Source: Thermoproteota archaeon (GTDB taxonomy: Archaea > Korarchaeota > Korarchaeia > Korarchaeales > JAOZGB01). Taken from it: 64,000 nt of DNA. Under the pieces are notes generated by a model. The model was given only the letters and a program-made list of their open reading frames with translations, was not told where the DNA came from and ran no database searches. The position numbers and the translations under genes are program-made. Shown piece after piece: positions 37,362 to 47,839 of this stretch (the stretch's first letter is position 1; every line of letters begins with the position of its first letter). The stretch covers positions 224,001-288,000 of the forward strand of contig JAVCBU010000006.1 in NCBI GenBank assembly GCA_037917685.1, given 5' to 3'.

Positions 37362-38807
37362 ATGAAAAGCATATTATGCATGCTTATTTTGCTGACCGCA
37401 TTATCATTATTTTCACCTCGAATAGTGACAAGTCAACTGTATAATGTAGAGATCTTCCTTGATAAAACCGAATACTTCCAAGGTGAGAAGTTAAGGATCT
37501 TGGTTTGTGCCTACCAGAATGGTGCCCCCGTTGGGAACGTCTACTTAAAGGTTTTTATCTTTAATCCCAACGGCGAGCTTATGGATGAGATTTCAGTCTT
37601 CCTCTCTAAGGGATGCGGGTCAGCCCTGTATGCAATCCCATCTTCTGCTTTACCAGGAGTGTGGACCGTAGAGGTGAGAGATTTAGAGGGTAGGTTCCTA
37701 GCGGTTAAAAGGTTTACACTGAAAAGAAAACTAATTTCTGTAACAAAGATCTGGTACCCTTCCAAAATCTATACCACTGTGGATAAGCTTGATATATCCC
37801 TTTACTTATTACTACTGACGAACGAGACATTCAATGGAACTATAGATATCGTAGTAAGCAATTCTAATACGTCTGTCGCACTTTCTGGTGTCTTAAATAT
37901 AAGCGGAACACCTGGTGAGAGGATTGTAATAAAACTGTCATCAATAGGGATCGAGATCCCTATATCCGCTCTTAAACCCGGGAACTACAGCCTTAACATA
38001 AGGATCTCCCACAATAAGAATTTGATACTAGACCACACAGGCTCTATTACGATAACTTCTCCTGAAATACTGGTAGATATTCCCACACAGAAAATTGTGC
38101 AAGAATACGGTTCACAAGCTACAACGACACTTCTGATAAAAAACAATCTTTCATATAAGTTCAATCTCAACATATCATGGGAAATAGTAAAGAACAGCAA
38201 GCAAATTATAAGTGGAGAAATCTCTGAGGACGTACCTGCCCGGAAATCTAAAAATGTAACGATAAAAATTCCACCATTAGAAGATGTAGGAGGCTATATC
38301 ATGGTAATTAACGTGTTTGGAGACAACACCATGGTGTACTCTGGTATAGTGACAGTTGAAAACATTGGAGCCGTTCAAATAGTTAATATTCCCGAAAAAG
38401 CTTACATAGGGGAAAAGTACACTATGCAAGTGTTAGATCAAAACGGCAACCCGGTAGCTGTAAACATCTCTATAAAAAGACCTGATGGGACTATTGAATT
38501 CAAAGAAGCAACTGATACAGGGGAATTTCAGTTTATCCCTGTGACACCTGGAGATTATAAAATCACAGCTTTTGGAGACTACTATAAAGAAACATCGGTC
38601 ACAGTAGAGGTTTCAGAAAAGCCGGTTCAAACAACCTCCTCTCCGCCTCCAACATCAACCCCACCCCCAGAAGGTAAAAAGATAAGTAAGCTCTTATTCC
38701 TAATCCCGATAGCCATCGTAGTTGTCATAATAGTTATTTTCATTTACACAAAAAAGTTGAAAGAGGAGAAAATAGAAGAAGTATTAGAAGAAGTAGCTAA
38801 AGTCTAA
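37362..38807 (+). CDS. Cell-surface protein with Ig-like/MG2-like domains and C-terminal TM anchor
   Basis: Signal peptide; LDKTEYFQGE..NPNG..PGVWTVEV; many NxS/T sequons; Pro/Thr linker; TM helix. Confidence 0.75.
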   Translation: MKSILCMLILLTALSLFSPRIVTSQLYNVEIFLDKTEYFQGEKLRILVCAYQNGAPVGNVYLKVFIFNPNGELMDEISVFLSKGCGSALYAIPSSALPGVWTVEVRDLEGRFLAVKRFTLKRKLISVTKIWYPSKIYTTVDKLDISLYLLLLTNETFNGTIDIVVSNSNTSVALSGVLNISGTPGERIVIKLSSIGIEIPISALKPGNYSLNIRISHNKNLILDHTGSITITSPEILVDIPTQKIVQEYGSQATTTLLIKNNLSYKFNLNISWEIVKNSKQIISGEISEDVPARKSKNVTIKIPPLEDVGGYIMVINVFGDNTMVYSGIVTVENIGAVQIVNIPEKAYIGEKYTMQVLDQNGNPVAVNISIKRPDGTIEFKEATDTGEFQFIPVTPGDYKITAFGDYYKETSVTVEVSEKPVQTTSSPPPTSTPPPEGKKISKLLFLIPIAIVVVIIVIFIYTKKLKEEKIEEVLEEVAKV

Positions 38808-41592
38808 GTTTTCTCCTATAATACTCTCTCTCAGCTAGCCAAAGCTCTTTTAAAAGATGCCTGTTAATCTCTTTAAACCTCTCAGCTAGCATCTCAGCTC
38901 TTTCTATATTTAAACCATCAACGGCTGCAAGCAAATACACAATGTTTTTGCTCCTGTCATAAATCCTTCTCCACCTGAGTAGTTCTTTCTTTAACTCAGC
39001 ACTTTCTATTTTCATGAGACGTGAATAGCTCTCATCCTTTACACCTATAACGCCCTCTAACCCGCAAAACTTACATTTCAGCTTTCGACCAACTATTCTA
39101 CTTAATCTACTATAACCATTATACTTCCAACAGTTAGTACAAACAAGATGCAGGATTTCATCATATAATCTTTGTTTGAAAGCCTCCACAAGAAAATATT
39201 CGTAATTCTCCGGCTGGACAATTTCATACCTGCCTCTGGTTATATTTCTCGCTATGGGCGAGAGTTGTCTGACATCATAGGCCTCTACAATGATGCCCCT
39301 CCCAATTAAAGACAGGAACTTTGAAAGTCCTTCAAGATCCATATCCTGTGTTAGGGTTTCGTTTAAAGCCTCATCATATACTGGGGTTCCCTCAAAGATC
39401 TCGGTAAGCTTTGAAAACCCAATATCTCCACGGATCTTCTCTCTAGGTATAGCCCCAAATCTTCTACCCACGTTAAGCAATCTTATCCTAAACCTAAACG
39501 TGTTAGGAGCAACCTTCCTTATCATTTTCGCTAGATCAACGTGTTTTAGCTCTACGAGCTTATCAGCAATGTATGCTGATGACAATGGAACTTGAGATGT
39601 AAGTGTTATGCCGTACTGGCTTTCTCTTGTTAAAACGGGAATACCAATTTCATCAACTATAATCTTAGAAAGAATTATGGATAGAGTTCTGTTTACCAAT
39701 GTTCCAACTGGGCATAAAATCGCTACATTCAGACCGTTGGATTCGATAACTATACGCTTACCACCCCCTGGTGGAACCCCATAAGAAAACTGTTCTCTAA
39801 ACAGCTTTAATGCTCTCCTTATGGAAGCAATATCTGTATAAGGATAGCTTTCTATTATCTTGGTTGCTATTGCTATCTCATCTAGGCCCCTCATCATCAT
39901 CTCCCAAATTAAACTCCATAGTTCTCCAACCTCCATGGCTATCTCGAAGGGCACTGGAAGTTCTTCGCCTGTCCAACTAGGAATCGCACCTTCAGCGCTT
40001 TCGGATAATAACCCGTACACAGCATTCTCCTTAAGTTCCTGGATCTCCCATGGTACTCCCTTGAAAATTACTTTCCTTCCTGGAGCGCAGTACTCTAAAA
40101 CAAATGCTTCATTTAACACGCCTACAGGTAAACCGTCTTTTGCATCTATGAACGGTATGACATTCTCCTCAGGGATGGTTGATACATTTTTAAAATAGTA
40201 TTCGTAGCTTACCTTCCCACCTTTTCTAATAATTCCCCCTCTTACTTTAAGAATGGGAGGCCACATATTGGATAAATATTCTATGACCCTCACGAGCTCA
40301 GTTATATCAAGATTCCTGTACGGAAAGCATTTTCTAAAGATGCCTAGAACTTCTGAAACGTCGATATAGCCCTCGGTGAGAGTTAAACCTACTATCTGAT
40401 GGGCTAAAACATCTAAAGGCTTATTAAAAATCCTCTGGACTTCAATATGTCCAGAAATAGCTCTTCTAGCAACCACCAAACTTTCGAACAAGTCAAGTTC
40501 GTCGATAGCAACGATTATACCTTGTGCCACTAGGCCAGGCTTATGGCTAGCCCTTCCCACCCTTTGTATTAGCCTACATGCCTGTCGGGGGGACATATAC
40601 TGGATAACACGGTCAACCTCACCTATGTCTATCCCAAGCTCAAGGGAGCTCGTACATACGATAGCCTTTATGAGACCTTTTCTAAGGCCTATTTCAGCTG
40701 ATCTTCTGACATATCCGGATAGTGAGCTATGGTGCACGGTTAGTATGCTTTCTAAACCCATAAGCCTAAGCCTAACCCCCAGAATCTCAGCTAATGACCT
40801 TGTATTTACAAATACAAGGCTAGATTTCGCTTTTGTTATTTCTTGGGAGATGTAGTTTAAATCGTCAACATTCCCTCCAGAAACACCACTTCGAAGGGGG
40901 GACTTCCTTCTCCGCCTTAAAAATTCAACTTTTACCCTAAAAGGCCTTTCCTCCATGGCATTCACTATCTCTAGCTTTCCGGGGTAGCCGTAGAATCTTG
41001 CAACTTCATCTGGATTACCAATGGTAGCTGATAAAGCTATGAGCTGGAAATCATCAACTAACATTCTTAGTCTTTCAAGTCCAACCACAAGCTGTGTCCC
41101 CCTCTTGTTACCAACGAGTTCATGAGCTTCATCAATAATAACATATCCGACATTTGAGAGGTGTTCCCTTAATCTTCTTCCGAGAAGAAGAATCTGCAAT
41201 GTTTCTGGTGTAGTAATCAGAATCATAGGTGGTGTCATCGCTTGTCTTCTCCTTACCGATGTAGAGGTGTCCCCATGTCTTACTTCCACATCTAGACCTA
41301 CAGCCTGCGAATATTCAACAAGCCTCCTAAGTAAATCCCTGTTTAGAGCTCTAAGCGGTGTAATGTACAATATTCGAAATCCTGAAGTCTTCTTTTCGGT
41401 ATAAACATTTGTAAGAACCGGCAGCAAAGCTCCTTCTGTTTTTCCAGAAGCTGTTGGGGCGATAGCTAAAACATTGGCCCCAGATAGCACTCTAGGTATT
41501 AACATCTCTTGTATCTTAGTAGGACTAATATATCCCTTTGCCTCTAACAATTTTTTAAGGGGTTCTGCTAACAGTCCAAAAACATCTTTCAA
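38797..41592 (-). CDS. lhr: Lhr-family ATP-dependent helicase
   Basis: APTASGKTE, YITPLRALNRD, DEAHE, SAT, HHSSLS, TSSLELGID, QRVGR, PSWTGE. Confidence 0.95.
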   Translation of the reverse strand: MKDVFGLLAEPLKKLLEAKGYISPTKIQEMLIPRVLSGANVLAIAPTASGKTEGALLPVLTNVYTEKKTSGFRILYITPLRALNRDLLRRLVEYSQAVGLDVEVRHGDTSTSVRRRQAMTPPMILITTPETLQILLLGRRLREHLSNVGYVIIDEAHELVGNKRGTQLVVGLERLRMLVDDFQLIALSATIGNPDEVARFYGYPGKLEIVNAMEERPFRVKVEFLRRRRKSPLRSGVSGGNVDDLNYISQEITKAKSSLVFVNTRSLAEILGVRLRLMGLESILTVHHSSLSGYVRRSAEIGLRKGLIKAIVCTSSLELGIDIGEVDRVIQYMSPRQACRLIQRVGRASHKPGLVAQGIIVAIDELDLFESLVVARRAISGHIEVQRIFNKPLDVLAHQIVGLTLTEGYIDVSEVLGIFRKCFPYRNLDITELVRVIEYLSNMWPPILKVRGGIIRKGGKVSYEYYFKNVSTIPEENVIPFIDAKDGLPVGVLNEAFVLEYCAPGRKVIFKGVPWEIQELKENAVYGLLSESAEGAIPSWTGEELPVPFEIAMEVGELWSLIWEMMMRGLDEIAIATKIIESYPYTDIASIRRALKLFREQFSYGVPPGGGKRIVIESNGLNVAILCPVGTLVNRTLSIILSKIIVDEIGIPVLTRESQYGITLTSQVPLSSAYIADKLVELKHVDLAKMIRKVAPNTFRFRIRLLNVGRRFGAIPREKIRGDIGFSKLTEIFEGTPVYDEALNETLTQDMDLEGLSKFLSLIGRGIIVEAYDVRQLSPIARNITRGRYEIVQPENYEYFLVEAFKQRLYDEILHLVCTNCWKYNGYSRLSRIVGRKLKCKFCGLEGVIGVKDESYSRLMKIESAELKKELLRWRRIYDRSKNIVYLLAAVDGLNIERAEMLAERFKEINRHLLKELWLAEREYYRRKLRL

Positions 41593-41728
41593 TCTAAATA
41601 GTTCATTATAAGCGTTTTAACCTAAAAATAATAGCATTTTATCCTTGTCAAAGTTTTTAATTTCCCTTAGGCATTTAATAATGTATAGAGAAAACACTTT
41701 GAAATACTGTTTTATGAGGTGATGAGCA

Positions 41729-43333
41729 ATGGCTGAGTCGAAAGCAAAGGAAGTGCCAGCGGGAATACCGGTTCTCGTTTTGAAGGAGGGAACTCGAAGG
41801 ACAACGGGTAGAGAAGCAATGTTGCAAAATATAACTGTGGCTAAAACCCTATCGGAAGTTTTGAGAACAACTCTTGGTCCCAAAGGGATGCAAAAGATGC
41901 TTGTCGATTCCTTTGGAGATGTTGTAATAACCAATGACGGAGCAACTGTCATGAAGGAGATAGAGGTTGAGCATCCAACTGCAAAGATGTTGGTTGAAGT
42001 TGCTAAAACACAGGACCAAGAGGCGGGAGACGGAACCACTACCTCAGTTATCCTAGCTGGAGAGCTTCTAGGGAATGCTCAGGAGCTTCTAGAGCTAAAC
42101 ATACATCCAACCATAATAGTTAAAGGTTACAAGCTTGCAGCAGCAAAGGCGCTTGAGATTATAAGGGACTCCGCCGTCGAGGTAAAATGGGACGACAGAA
42201 ATGTTTTGAAGAAGGTTGCAATGATAGCATTAGGGTCCAAAACAAGCGGTATCCACAAAGAGTACCTGTCTGATCTGGCAGCTGAAGCAGCACTTAGAGT
42301 TGTACAGGAAAGGGATGGTAAAAGAATAGTTGATCTTGATGATATTAAAATCGAAAAGAAGGAGGGAGGTACGCTCACCGATACCAAACTTATCAACGGC
42401 ATAGTCATAGACAAGGAGATAGTTCATCCAGGCATGAAGAAGAGAGTACAAAATGCTAAGATAGCTCTTATAGAAAGTGCATTAGAAATTAAAAAGCTGG
42501 AATTCGACTCCAAGCTAAGCATAACATCTCCTGAGAAGATGAGGGCTTTCATGGAGCAGGAGAGAGAGCTCCTGAGAGAAATGGTTGAAAAAATAAAGAG
42601 CGTCGGTGCAAACTTTGTTTTCTGTCAGAAAGGAATCGATGACGTAGCACAGCATTACCTTGCGAAATATGGTATATCAGCGGTGAGACGTGTTAGAAAG
42701 TCCGACATGGAAAAGCTTGCAAAGGCAACAGGAGGAAAGGTAGTGGCAAATCTTAGAGACTTATCCATAGAAGATCTTGGAGTAGCAGAACTTGTGGAAG
42801 AGAGGAGAGTAGGAGAAGACAAGATGGTGTTCGTTGAAGGCTGCAAAAACCCCAAGGCCGTAACGATTCTAGTAAGAGGAGGCTCCAAACAAGTAATAGA
42901 TGAAGCGGAAAGATCGGTTCATGATGCACTATCGGTAATAAAGGATGTAATAGAAGATGCAACCATTGTTCCAGGAGGAGGCGCAATAGAAGCCGAAATT
43001 TCAATGAAACTAAGAGATTACGCCGAATCCGTTGGGGGTAAAGAGCAGAAGGCTATCGAAAGATTCGCAGACGCGGTAGAAGTCATACCAAGAACTCTCA
43101 TCGAGAATTCGGGATTTGACACGGTTACGAAAATGGCTGAACTTGTGAAGAAGCACCACGAAGGAATGAAAAATGCAGGGATAAACATATTTACAGGTGA
43201 TGTTGCGGACATGGTCGATCTCGGAGTCATAGAACCTGCGAGAGTGAAACTGCAAGCGATAAAGTCCGCGGCTGAAGCGGCAGAAACAATATTAAGAATA
43301 GACGACATAATAGCATCATCAAAAATAGAGTAG
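41729..43333 (+). CDS. ths: Thermosome (group II chaperonin) subunit
   Basis: TLGPKGM, TNDGAT, GDGTTT, VPGGGA, ILRIDD; SD GAGGTGA. Confidence 0.98.
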   Translation: MAESKAKEVPAGIPVLVLKEGTRRTTGREAMLQNITVAKTLSEVLRTTLGPKGMQKMLVDSFGDVVITNDGATVMKEIEVEHPTAKMLVEVAKTQDQEAGDGTTTSVILAGELLGNAQELLELNIHPTIIVKGYKLAAAKALEIIRDSAVEVKWDDRNVLKKVAMIALGSKTSGIHKEYLSDLAAEAALRVVQERDGKRIVDLDDIKIEKKEGGTLTDTKLINGIVIDKEIVHPGMKKRVQNAKIALIESALEIKKLEFDSKLSITSPEKMRAFMEQERELLREMVEKIKSVGANFVFCQKGIDDVAQHYLAKYGISAVRRVRKSDMEKLAKATGGKVVANLRDLSIEDLGVAELVEERRVGEDKMVFVEGCKNPKAVTILVRGGSKQVIDEAERSVHDALSVIKDVIEDATIVPGGGAIEAEISMKLRDYAESVGGKEQKAIERFADAVEVIPRTLIENSGFDTVTKMAELVKKHHEGMKNAGINIFTGDVADMVDLGVIEPARVKLQAIKSAAEAAETILRIDDIIASSKIE

Positions 43334-43339
43334 ATCCAA

Positions 43340-43603
43340 ATGGTGAAAGAAAAGAAATCCGGGGGGGACTTAGGCCCTCCTTACCTCACAATTTATGAAA
43401 GAACAAGGATAATAGGGATCAGAACGGAACAGCTAGAAGCGGGAGCTAAACCTCTCTTGAAAGATATACCTGAAAATATTAAAGACCCTAAAAAAATAGC
43501 TGAACTTGAACTTGAGGCAGGTGTTCTCCCAATTTTAATAGAGAGGGTATCCTTATCTGGTAGGAGAAAAATAGTTCCCCTTAAGAAACTACTTGGGAAG
43601 TAA
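43340..43603 (+). CDS. rpoK: RNA polymerase subunit K (Rpo6)
   Basis: LTIYERTRIIGIR.EQL..GA, IAELEL..GVLPI. Confidence 0.93.
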   Translation: MVKEKKSGGDLGPPYLTIYERTRIIGIRTEQLEAGAKPLLKDIPENIKDPKKIAELELEAGVLPILIERVSLSGRRKIVPLKKLLGK

Positions 43604-43666
43604 AACATTTAAAAAAAGCCAGTATGGATATGAAGCCAAGAACCTACAACAAACAAGGTGACATGA

Positions 43667-43954
43667 ATGTCCGCAGAAGTAGGAACTGTATACATAGGAA
43701 ATAAGCCAGCCATCAACTACGTGATGGCTACGATTCTCCAAATAAACCAGGGAATAAACAGAATAGTTCTAAAAGCACGTGGAAGAGCTATCTCAAGAGC
43801 TGTTGATGTTGCAGAAATCGCCAGGCAGAAGTACCTTCCAGGCCGTCTGGAGGTAAGGGATATAAGAATAGGAACAGAGGAAATCCTAGCGGAGAACGGA
43901 ACAAGAAGAGACGTTAGCGTAATAGAGATCGAACTAGAGTACAAGCCAGAGTAA
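43667..43954 (+). CDS. albA: DNA/RNA-binding protein Alba
   Basis: IGNKP..NYV, KARGRAISRAVDVAE, VSVIEI. Confidence 0.97.
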   Translation: MSAEVGTVYIGNKPAINYVMATILQINQGINRIVLKARGRAISRAVDVAEIARQKYLPGRLEVRDIRIGTEEILAENGTRRDVSVIEIELEYKPE

Positions 43955-43995
43955 TAGACTTCCTTCACCCTTTCTTTACATTTTGGTGGTAAATC

Positions 43996-44145
43996 ATGGG
44001 CGTAAGAGTTGAGGTTAGAGGAAGCAAGGGGGAATTAGAAGAAAAAACATGTCAAAATTGTTCATCGATCTTTTATATAAACCCACGCAAGAAGAGAACA
44101 GTTGCCTATTGTCCAGTTTGCGGATTCAAAATAAAGCTTAAGTAA
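43996..44145 (+). CDS. 49-aa Zn-ribbon protein, absent from the ORF track
   Basis: MGVRVEVRGSKGELEEKTCQNCSSIFYINPRKKRTVAYCPVCGFKIKLK*; SD GGTGG upstream; fills the albA-rps26e gap. Confidence 0.75.
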   Translation: MGVRVEVRGSKGELEEKTCQNCSSIFYINPRKKRTVAYCPVCGFKIKLK

Positions 44146-44185
44146 AGAAAAATTTATGATTAAGGGTTAAGCTTTCAATAGTGAA

Positions 44186-44521
44186 ATGGCTAAAAAGAGG
44201 AAGAACAGAGGTAGAAAGCTTAGCGGAGCTGGTCATCAAAGGACAGTTCAGTGTTACCAATGTAACAAAGTAATTCCAGCCGATAAAGCAGTTAAAGTCA
44301 CAAGGCGATACCTCGTCCTAGATAGCTCATTAGCAAGAGAGTTAAAAAAACAGGGAACCTTTATATCCAGTAGGAAAGAGACTAAATATTACTGTGTAAG
44401 TTGCGCCGTATACCTTGGAATTGTAAAGGTACGTAGCAGAGAGGAGAGGAAGATTAGGGTACCACTTCAAGTAGGGGAAAGAAAGGTAAAGCAGGGCCCC
44501 CCGCCGCGCATTAAAATCTAA
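44186..44521 (+). CDS. rps26e: 30S ribosomal protein S26e
   Basis: KKRKNRGR, VQCYQC..IPADKA, YCVSCAV..IVKVRS. Confidence 0.95.
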   Translation: MAKKRKNRGRKLSGAGHQRTVQCYQCNKVIPADKAVKVTRRYLVLDSSLARELKKQGTFISSRKETKYYCVSCAVYLGIVKVRSREERKIRVPLQVGERKVKQGPPPRIKI

Positions 44522-44913
44522 AATTTCGATATTATCAATGAGATTGCGATGATTATAAAGACCTCCGCAATTAAGATGTAGAGGAGGAGACGTTTAATTC
44601 CTTCTATCTTTACGCGATATATTTCATCCCGTAAGATGTCATATTCTGAGATAGCCTGCTCAATACTAATTTCTCCGGAGATCAGACGGTGTTCTAGTGA
44701 ATTTATTCTTTCTAAGTAGTGCGATACGTCTATACCAGTTATTTTAGGAATTCTGAGATCCTGCCTAAGACTATTCAGATCTTCTAATAATCTTAATTTT
44801 ACACTTAATTCTCCAGTTGAGTTCTGACATGGATAGGTAATAAAATAACCCCTCTCCAGTTGCAGCAAAGCCAATATGCTTAACACTACAAGAAGAGTAT
44901 ACGTCTTGTTCAA
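44518..44913 (-). CDS. Hypothetical membrane protein
   Basis: N-terminal signal/TM, helical middle, C-terminal TM. Confidence 0.6.
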   Translation of the reverse strand: MNKTYTLLVVLSILALLQLERGYFITYPCQNSTGELSVKLRLLEDLNSLRQDLRIPKITGIDVSHYLERINSLEHRLISGEISIEQAISEYDILRDEIYRVKIEGIKRLLLYILIAEVFIIIAISLIISKF

Positions 44914-44947
44914 TCTATATATTGATTATCATACATGCTTTAAAATT

Positions 44948-46486
44948 CTATTCCAGTATAAACTTATCTCTAACTACTTTTAGAATCATTCCCTCAACAG
45001 CTATAGGCTTCCTACTCAAAGCAACTTTGATAGCTTCCTCAAGTCGAGCCTCACTACTGCTATAAATATCGTAAAGGGTATCCCCAATACTAACTTTATC
45101 TCCTCTTTTCACATAGAGATAAATGCCAGCGCCACTATCCCTAGGAGCCCCTGCTGCTCTTGCTATTTCCACAAAAGCCCTGTTCGACACCGCTGTGACA
45201 AATCCCTCAACTTGACTTTTAACTGAGTATTTATATTGGCCGATCTCGATATCCTCTGGTTTAATGTCAGGGTTACCTCCTTGCTCTCTAATTATCATCT
45301 TCATCCTTTCATAAGCTTTCCCAGTCTCTAAAATATGCCACGCAGCAGCCTCACCTTTACCCGGTGCGGCTGCACCTCCCATTTCTAATAGCAGGCCAGC
45401 TATAGAGACTGCTTTTTCGACAATGCTTCTTGAACATTTCCCGCCTGTCATCAAACATATTAACGCCTCCTTTGCCTCCAGAGCAGGACCGATGGCCCTA
45501 CCTACAGGCTGACCACCATATGAGATTGCTACCTCAATATTTATTCCAAGTCTTGACCCTATTTCCCTGAATTTATTAGCCATTTCAGTAGCTTCCTTCA
45601 CGGTCTCTACCTTCGCCTCTTCTCCAGTAGGTATATCTAAAACAAGGTTCTTCACTGATGCCGCCAGCTTTTTTGAAAGGATAGATGCGAACATTAAGGG
45701 TTCAGGATCTAGTGAAAGGGGAAACTCAACGCGGGAAATAAGGATGTCATCTACAGGCGAGATGTTCGCAGTTTTAGTCCATGCTATGGTCCCCCTAACC
45801 TTTAAACAAGCTTCAACTATCTCCTCTGCAGTCAAATCTACAGGGGCTAGAACCTCCATCGTATCCACAGTTCCTGATGGGCTTGTTATGGCTCTAGTGC
45901 TGGTTTTAGGAATGTGTAAACCAGCCTCAGCAACTATGGGAACAATTATAAGGGTATCCTTACTTGTGCCAGGTACTCCTCCGATGCCGTGCTTGTCGAA
46001 AACTGTTATATCACCAAATTCCAGCTTGTTTCCAGCTTCAGCCATAGCCTTGGTAAGGCTAACAATCTCATCAGTAGACATGCCATGAAATTCAAGGGCT
46101 GTTACAAACGCGGCAAGTTCAGCGTCGCTTACAAGCCCCTCTTTAATATCATTTATGAGATCAAATATCTCTTCTTCGGAAAGTTCTTCTCCCCTTAGCT
46201 TGTTCTTCAAATACTTTACAGTGGAGGGTGCTTCCACTCCTTTAACGTAAACATAGGAGCCATCATCCACCTCTAGGCTCCTAGAAGCCTCGGAGAAAAG
46301 ACCTATCTCACCTCTCTTGATTATATCTCCACTGGTTATACTAACTATCGCGACTATAGACTTGTGATCCGTTGAGACCCTAACCCTACTGTTCGTCCAT
46401 ATGCCATATTTTTCTGCGTCTTCAGCATTCATTAAGATTCTTACATCGCCTAAAGCCATGTCTAAGATTCTAACTCTGAACTTCAT
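44948..46486 (-). CDS. deoA: AMP phosphorylase (paralog 1)
   Basis: N-terminal beta-barrel; DKHGIGGVPG, KTSTRAITS, SLDP..ASILSKK, QPVGRAIGPALEA, ARAAGAP. Confidence 0.92.
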   Translation of the reverse strand: MKFRVRILDMALGDVRILMNAEDAEKYGIWTNSRVRVSTDHKSIVAIVSITSGDIIKRGEIGLFSEASRSLEVDDGSYVYVKGVEAPSTVKYLKNKLRGEELSEEEIFDLINDIKEGLVSDAELAAFVTALEFHGMSTDEIVSLTKAMAEAGNKLEFGDITVFDKHGIGGVPGTSKDTLIIVPIVAEAGLHIPKTSTRAITSPSGTVDTMEVLAPVDLTAEEIVEACLKVRGTIAWTKTANISPVDDILISRVEFPLSLDPEPLMFASILSKKLAASVKNLVLDIPTGEEAKVETVKEATEMANKFREIGSRLGINIEVAISYGGQPVGRAIGPALEAKEALICLMTGGKCSRSIVEKAVSIAGLLLEMGGAAAPGKGEAAAWHILETGKAYERMKMIIREQGGNPDIKPEDIEIGQYKYSVKSQVEGFVTAVSNRAFVEIARAAGAPRDSGAGIYLYVKRGDKVSIGDTLYDIYSSSEARLEEAIKVALSRKPIAVEGMILKVVRDKFILE

Positions 46487-46501
46487 AATTCATCAACCTT
46501 A

Positions 46502-47833
46502 TTGTGGGAAAATATCATAATGCAGAATGGCCTTAATAAAATTACCGGTATGGATGCAGTCAAATACTATATAATAAGCTTTGGTTGTGCAATGAACAAG
46601 GCTGACGGAATGATAATGGAAGGTATACTTCTAAAATCCGGGTTTGCAAAAGTCAAATCTCCAGAGGAAGCCGATGTTATAATTCTTAATACATGTAATG
46701 TTAAAGGCCCGACAGAAAGCAGAATGGTTCACTACGCTAGAAAACTTTCATCTACTGGGAAACCCTTAGTAGTAACCGGGTGCATGGCTGTCACCCAGAA
46801 GAATCTCCTTAAAAGGTACTCAAAGGTATTCCTAGGACCTAGGGCAATAGATAAGATTGTAAATGCTTGTAGTTACGCGTTGAGAGGAATCGAATTTTCA
46901 TGTTATCACGGAGAACCCATCAAAACGTGCCTTCCAACACCACAGTACACTGGCATCACAGCCATTGTTCCCGTTGAGGAAGGATGCTTAGGCTCCTGTA
47001 CATATTGCATCACAAGATTTGCAAGGGGGAAACTGAAAAGCTACCCATTGAACAGTATAATAGAGAGAATAAAGCTCTATATCCGAAAAGGCGCCAAAGA
47101 AATCTTCTTAACAGGCCAAGATATTTCAGCGTATGGAAAAGACATCGGATTGACAATCATCGACTTATTAGAAGCAGTAACACGAATAGAGGGAAGTTTC
47201 AGAGTGAGAGTAGGCATGCTTAATCCACTACATGTAGTAGATAGGGTAGAAGAGCTGGTTAAAGTCTACCGGGATGAAAAAATTTACAAGTTTTTCCACA
47301 TACCTGTACAAAGTGGGAGCGATAAAATATTATCGTTAATGGGTAGAAACTACAGCGTAAAAGATTTTCTAAAGATCATCGAAACTGTAAGAAAGGCCTA
47401 TCCTTATGGGACCCTCTCCACCGATGTAATCGTTGGATTCCCCTCTGAGACCGAGCAGGACTTTATGGACACAGTTAAGCTGATAGAAACCGTTAAACCA
47501 GAAATAGTTAACATATCTCGTTTTTCGCCGAGACCCGGAACTAAAGCAGCCAATATGGAGCAACTTCCCAAACACATAGTTAAGAATAGAAGTAGGAGGC
47601 TTACAGAAATATCCCGGAGAATCAAGTATAAGAGGAACAAACAGCTCTTGGGAAAAGAGTTCGCCGCGCTGGTTGTTAAAAATATTGGTAGCTGGTTTAT
47701 GGCTAGAACAGATGTATATAGGCCAGTTATAATTAGCAAAGCTAAGCTAGGCGCTTTCATAAGGGTAAAGGTGGTAGATGCAACTTCAAGAGGCCTAATT
47801 GGAGTAGTCCTAAACAATATAAGTAGTAGGTGA
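46502..47833 (+). CDS. mtaB: tRNA t6A37 methylthiotransferase (radical SAM, MtaB type); start may be ATG 46550
   Basis: SFGCAMN, NTCNVK, GCLGSCTYC, HIPVQSGS, DVIVGFP; TRAM-like C-terminus. Confidence 0.92.
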   Translation: MWENIIMQNGLNKITGMDAVKYYIISFGCAMNKADGMIMEGILLKSGFAKVKSPEEADVIILNTCNVKGPTESRMVHYARKLSSTGKPLVVTGCMAVTQKNLLKRYSKVFLGPRAIDKIVNACSYALRGIEFSCYHGEPIKTCLPTPQYTGITAIVPVEEGCLGSCTYCITRFARGKLKSYPLNSIIERIKLYIRKGAKEIFLTGQDISAYGKDIGLTIIDLLEAVTRIEGSFRVRVGMLNPLHVVDRVEELVKVYRDEKIYKFFHIPVQSGSDKILSLMGRNYSVKDFLKIIETVRKAYPYGTLSTDVIVGFPSETEQDFMDTVKLIETVKPEIVNISRFSPRPGTKAANMEQLPKHIVKNRSRRLTEISRRIKYKRNKQLLGKEFAALVVKNIGSWFMARTDVYRPVIISKAKLGAFIRVKVVDATSRGLIGVVLNNISSR

Positions 47834-47839
47834 AAGGAA

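Noticed and set aside
41720-41737. TGATGA...CTGA resembling C/D box sRNA elements
   Set aside because: Only 7 nt apart and explained by the thermosome SD and start codons
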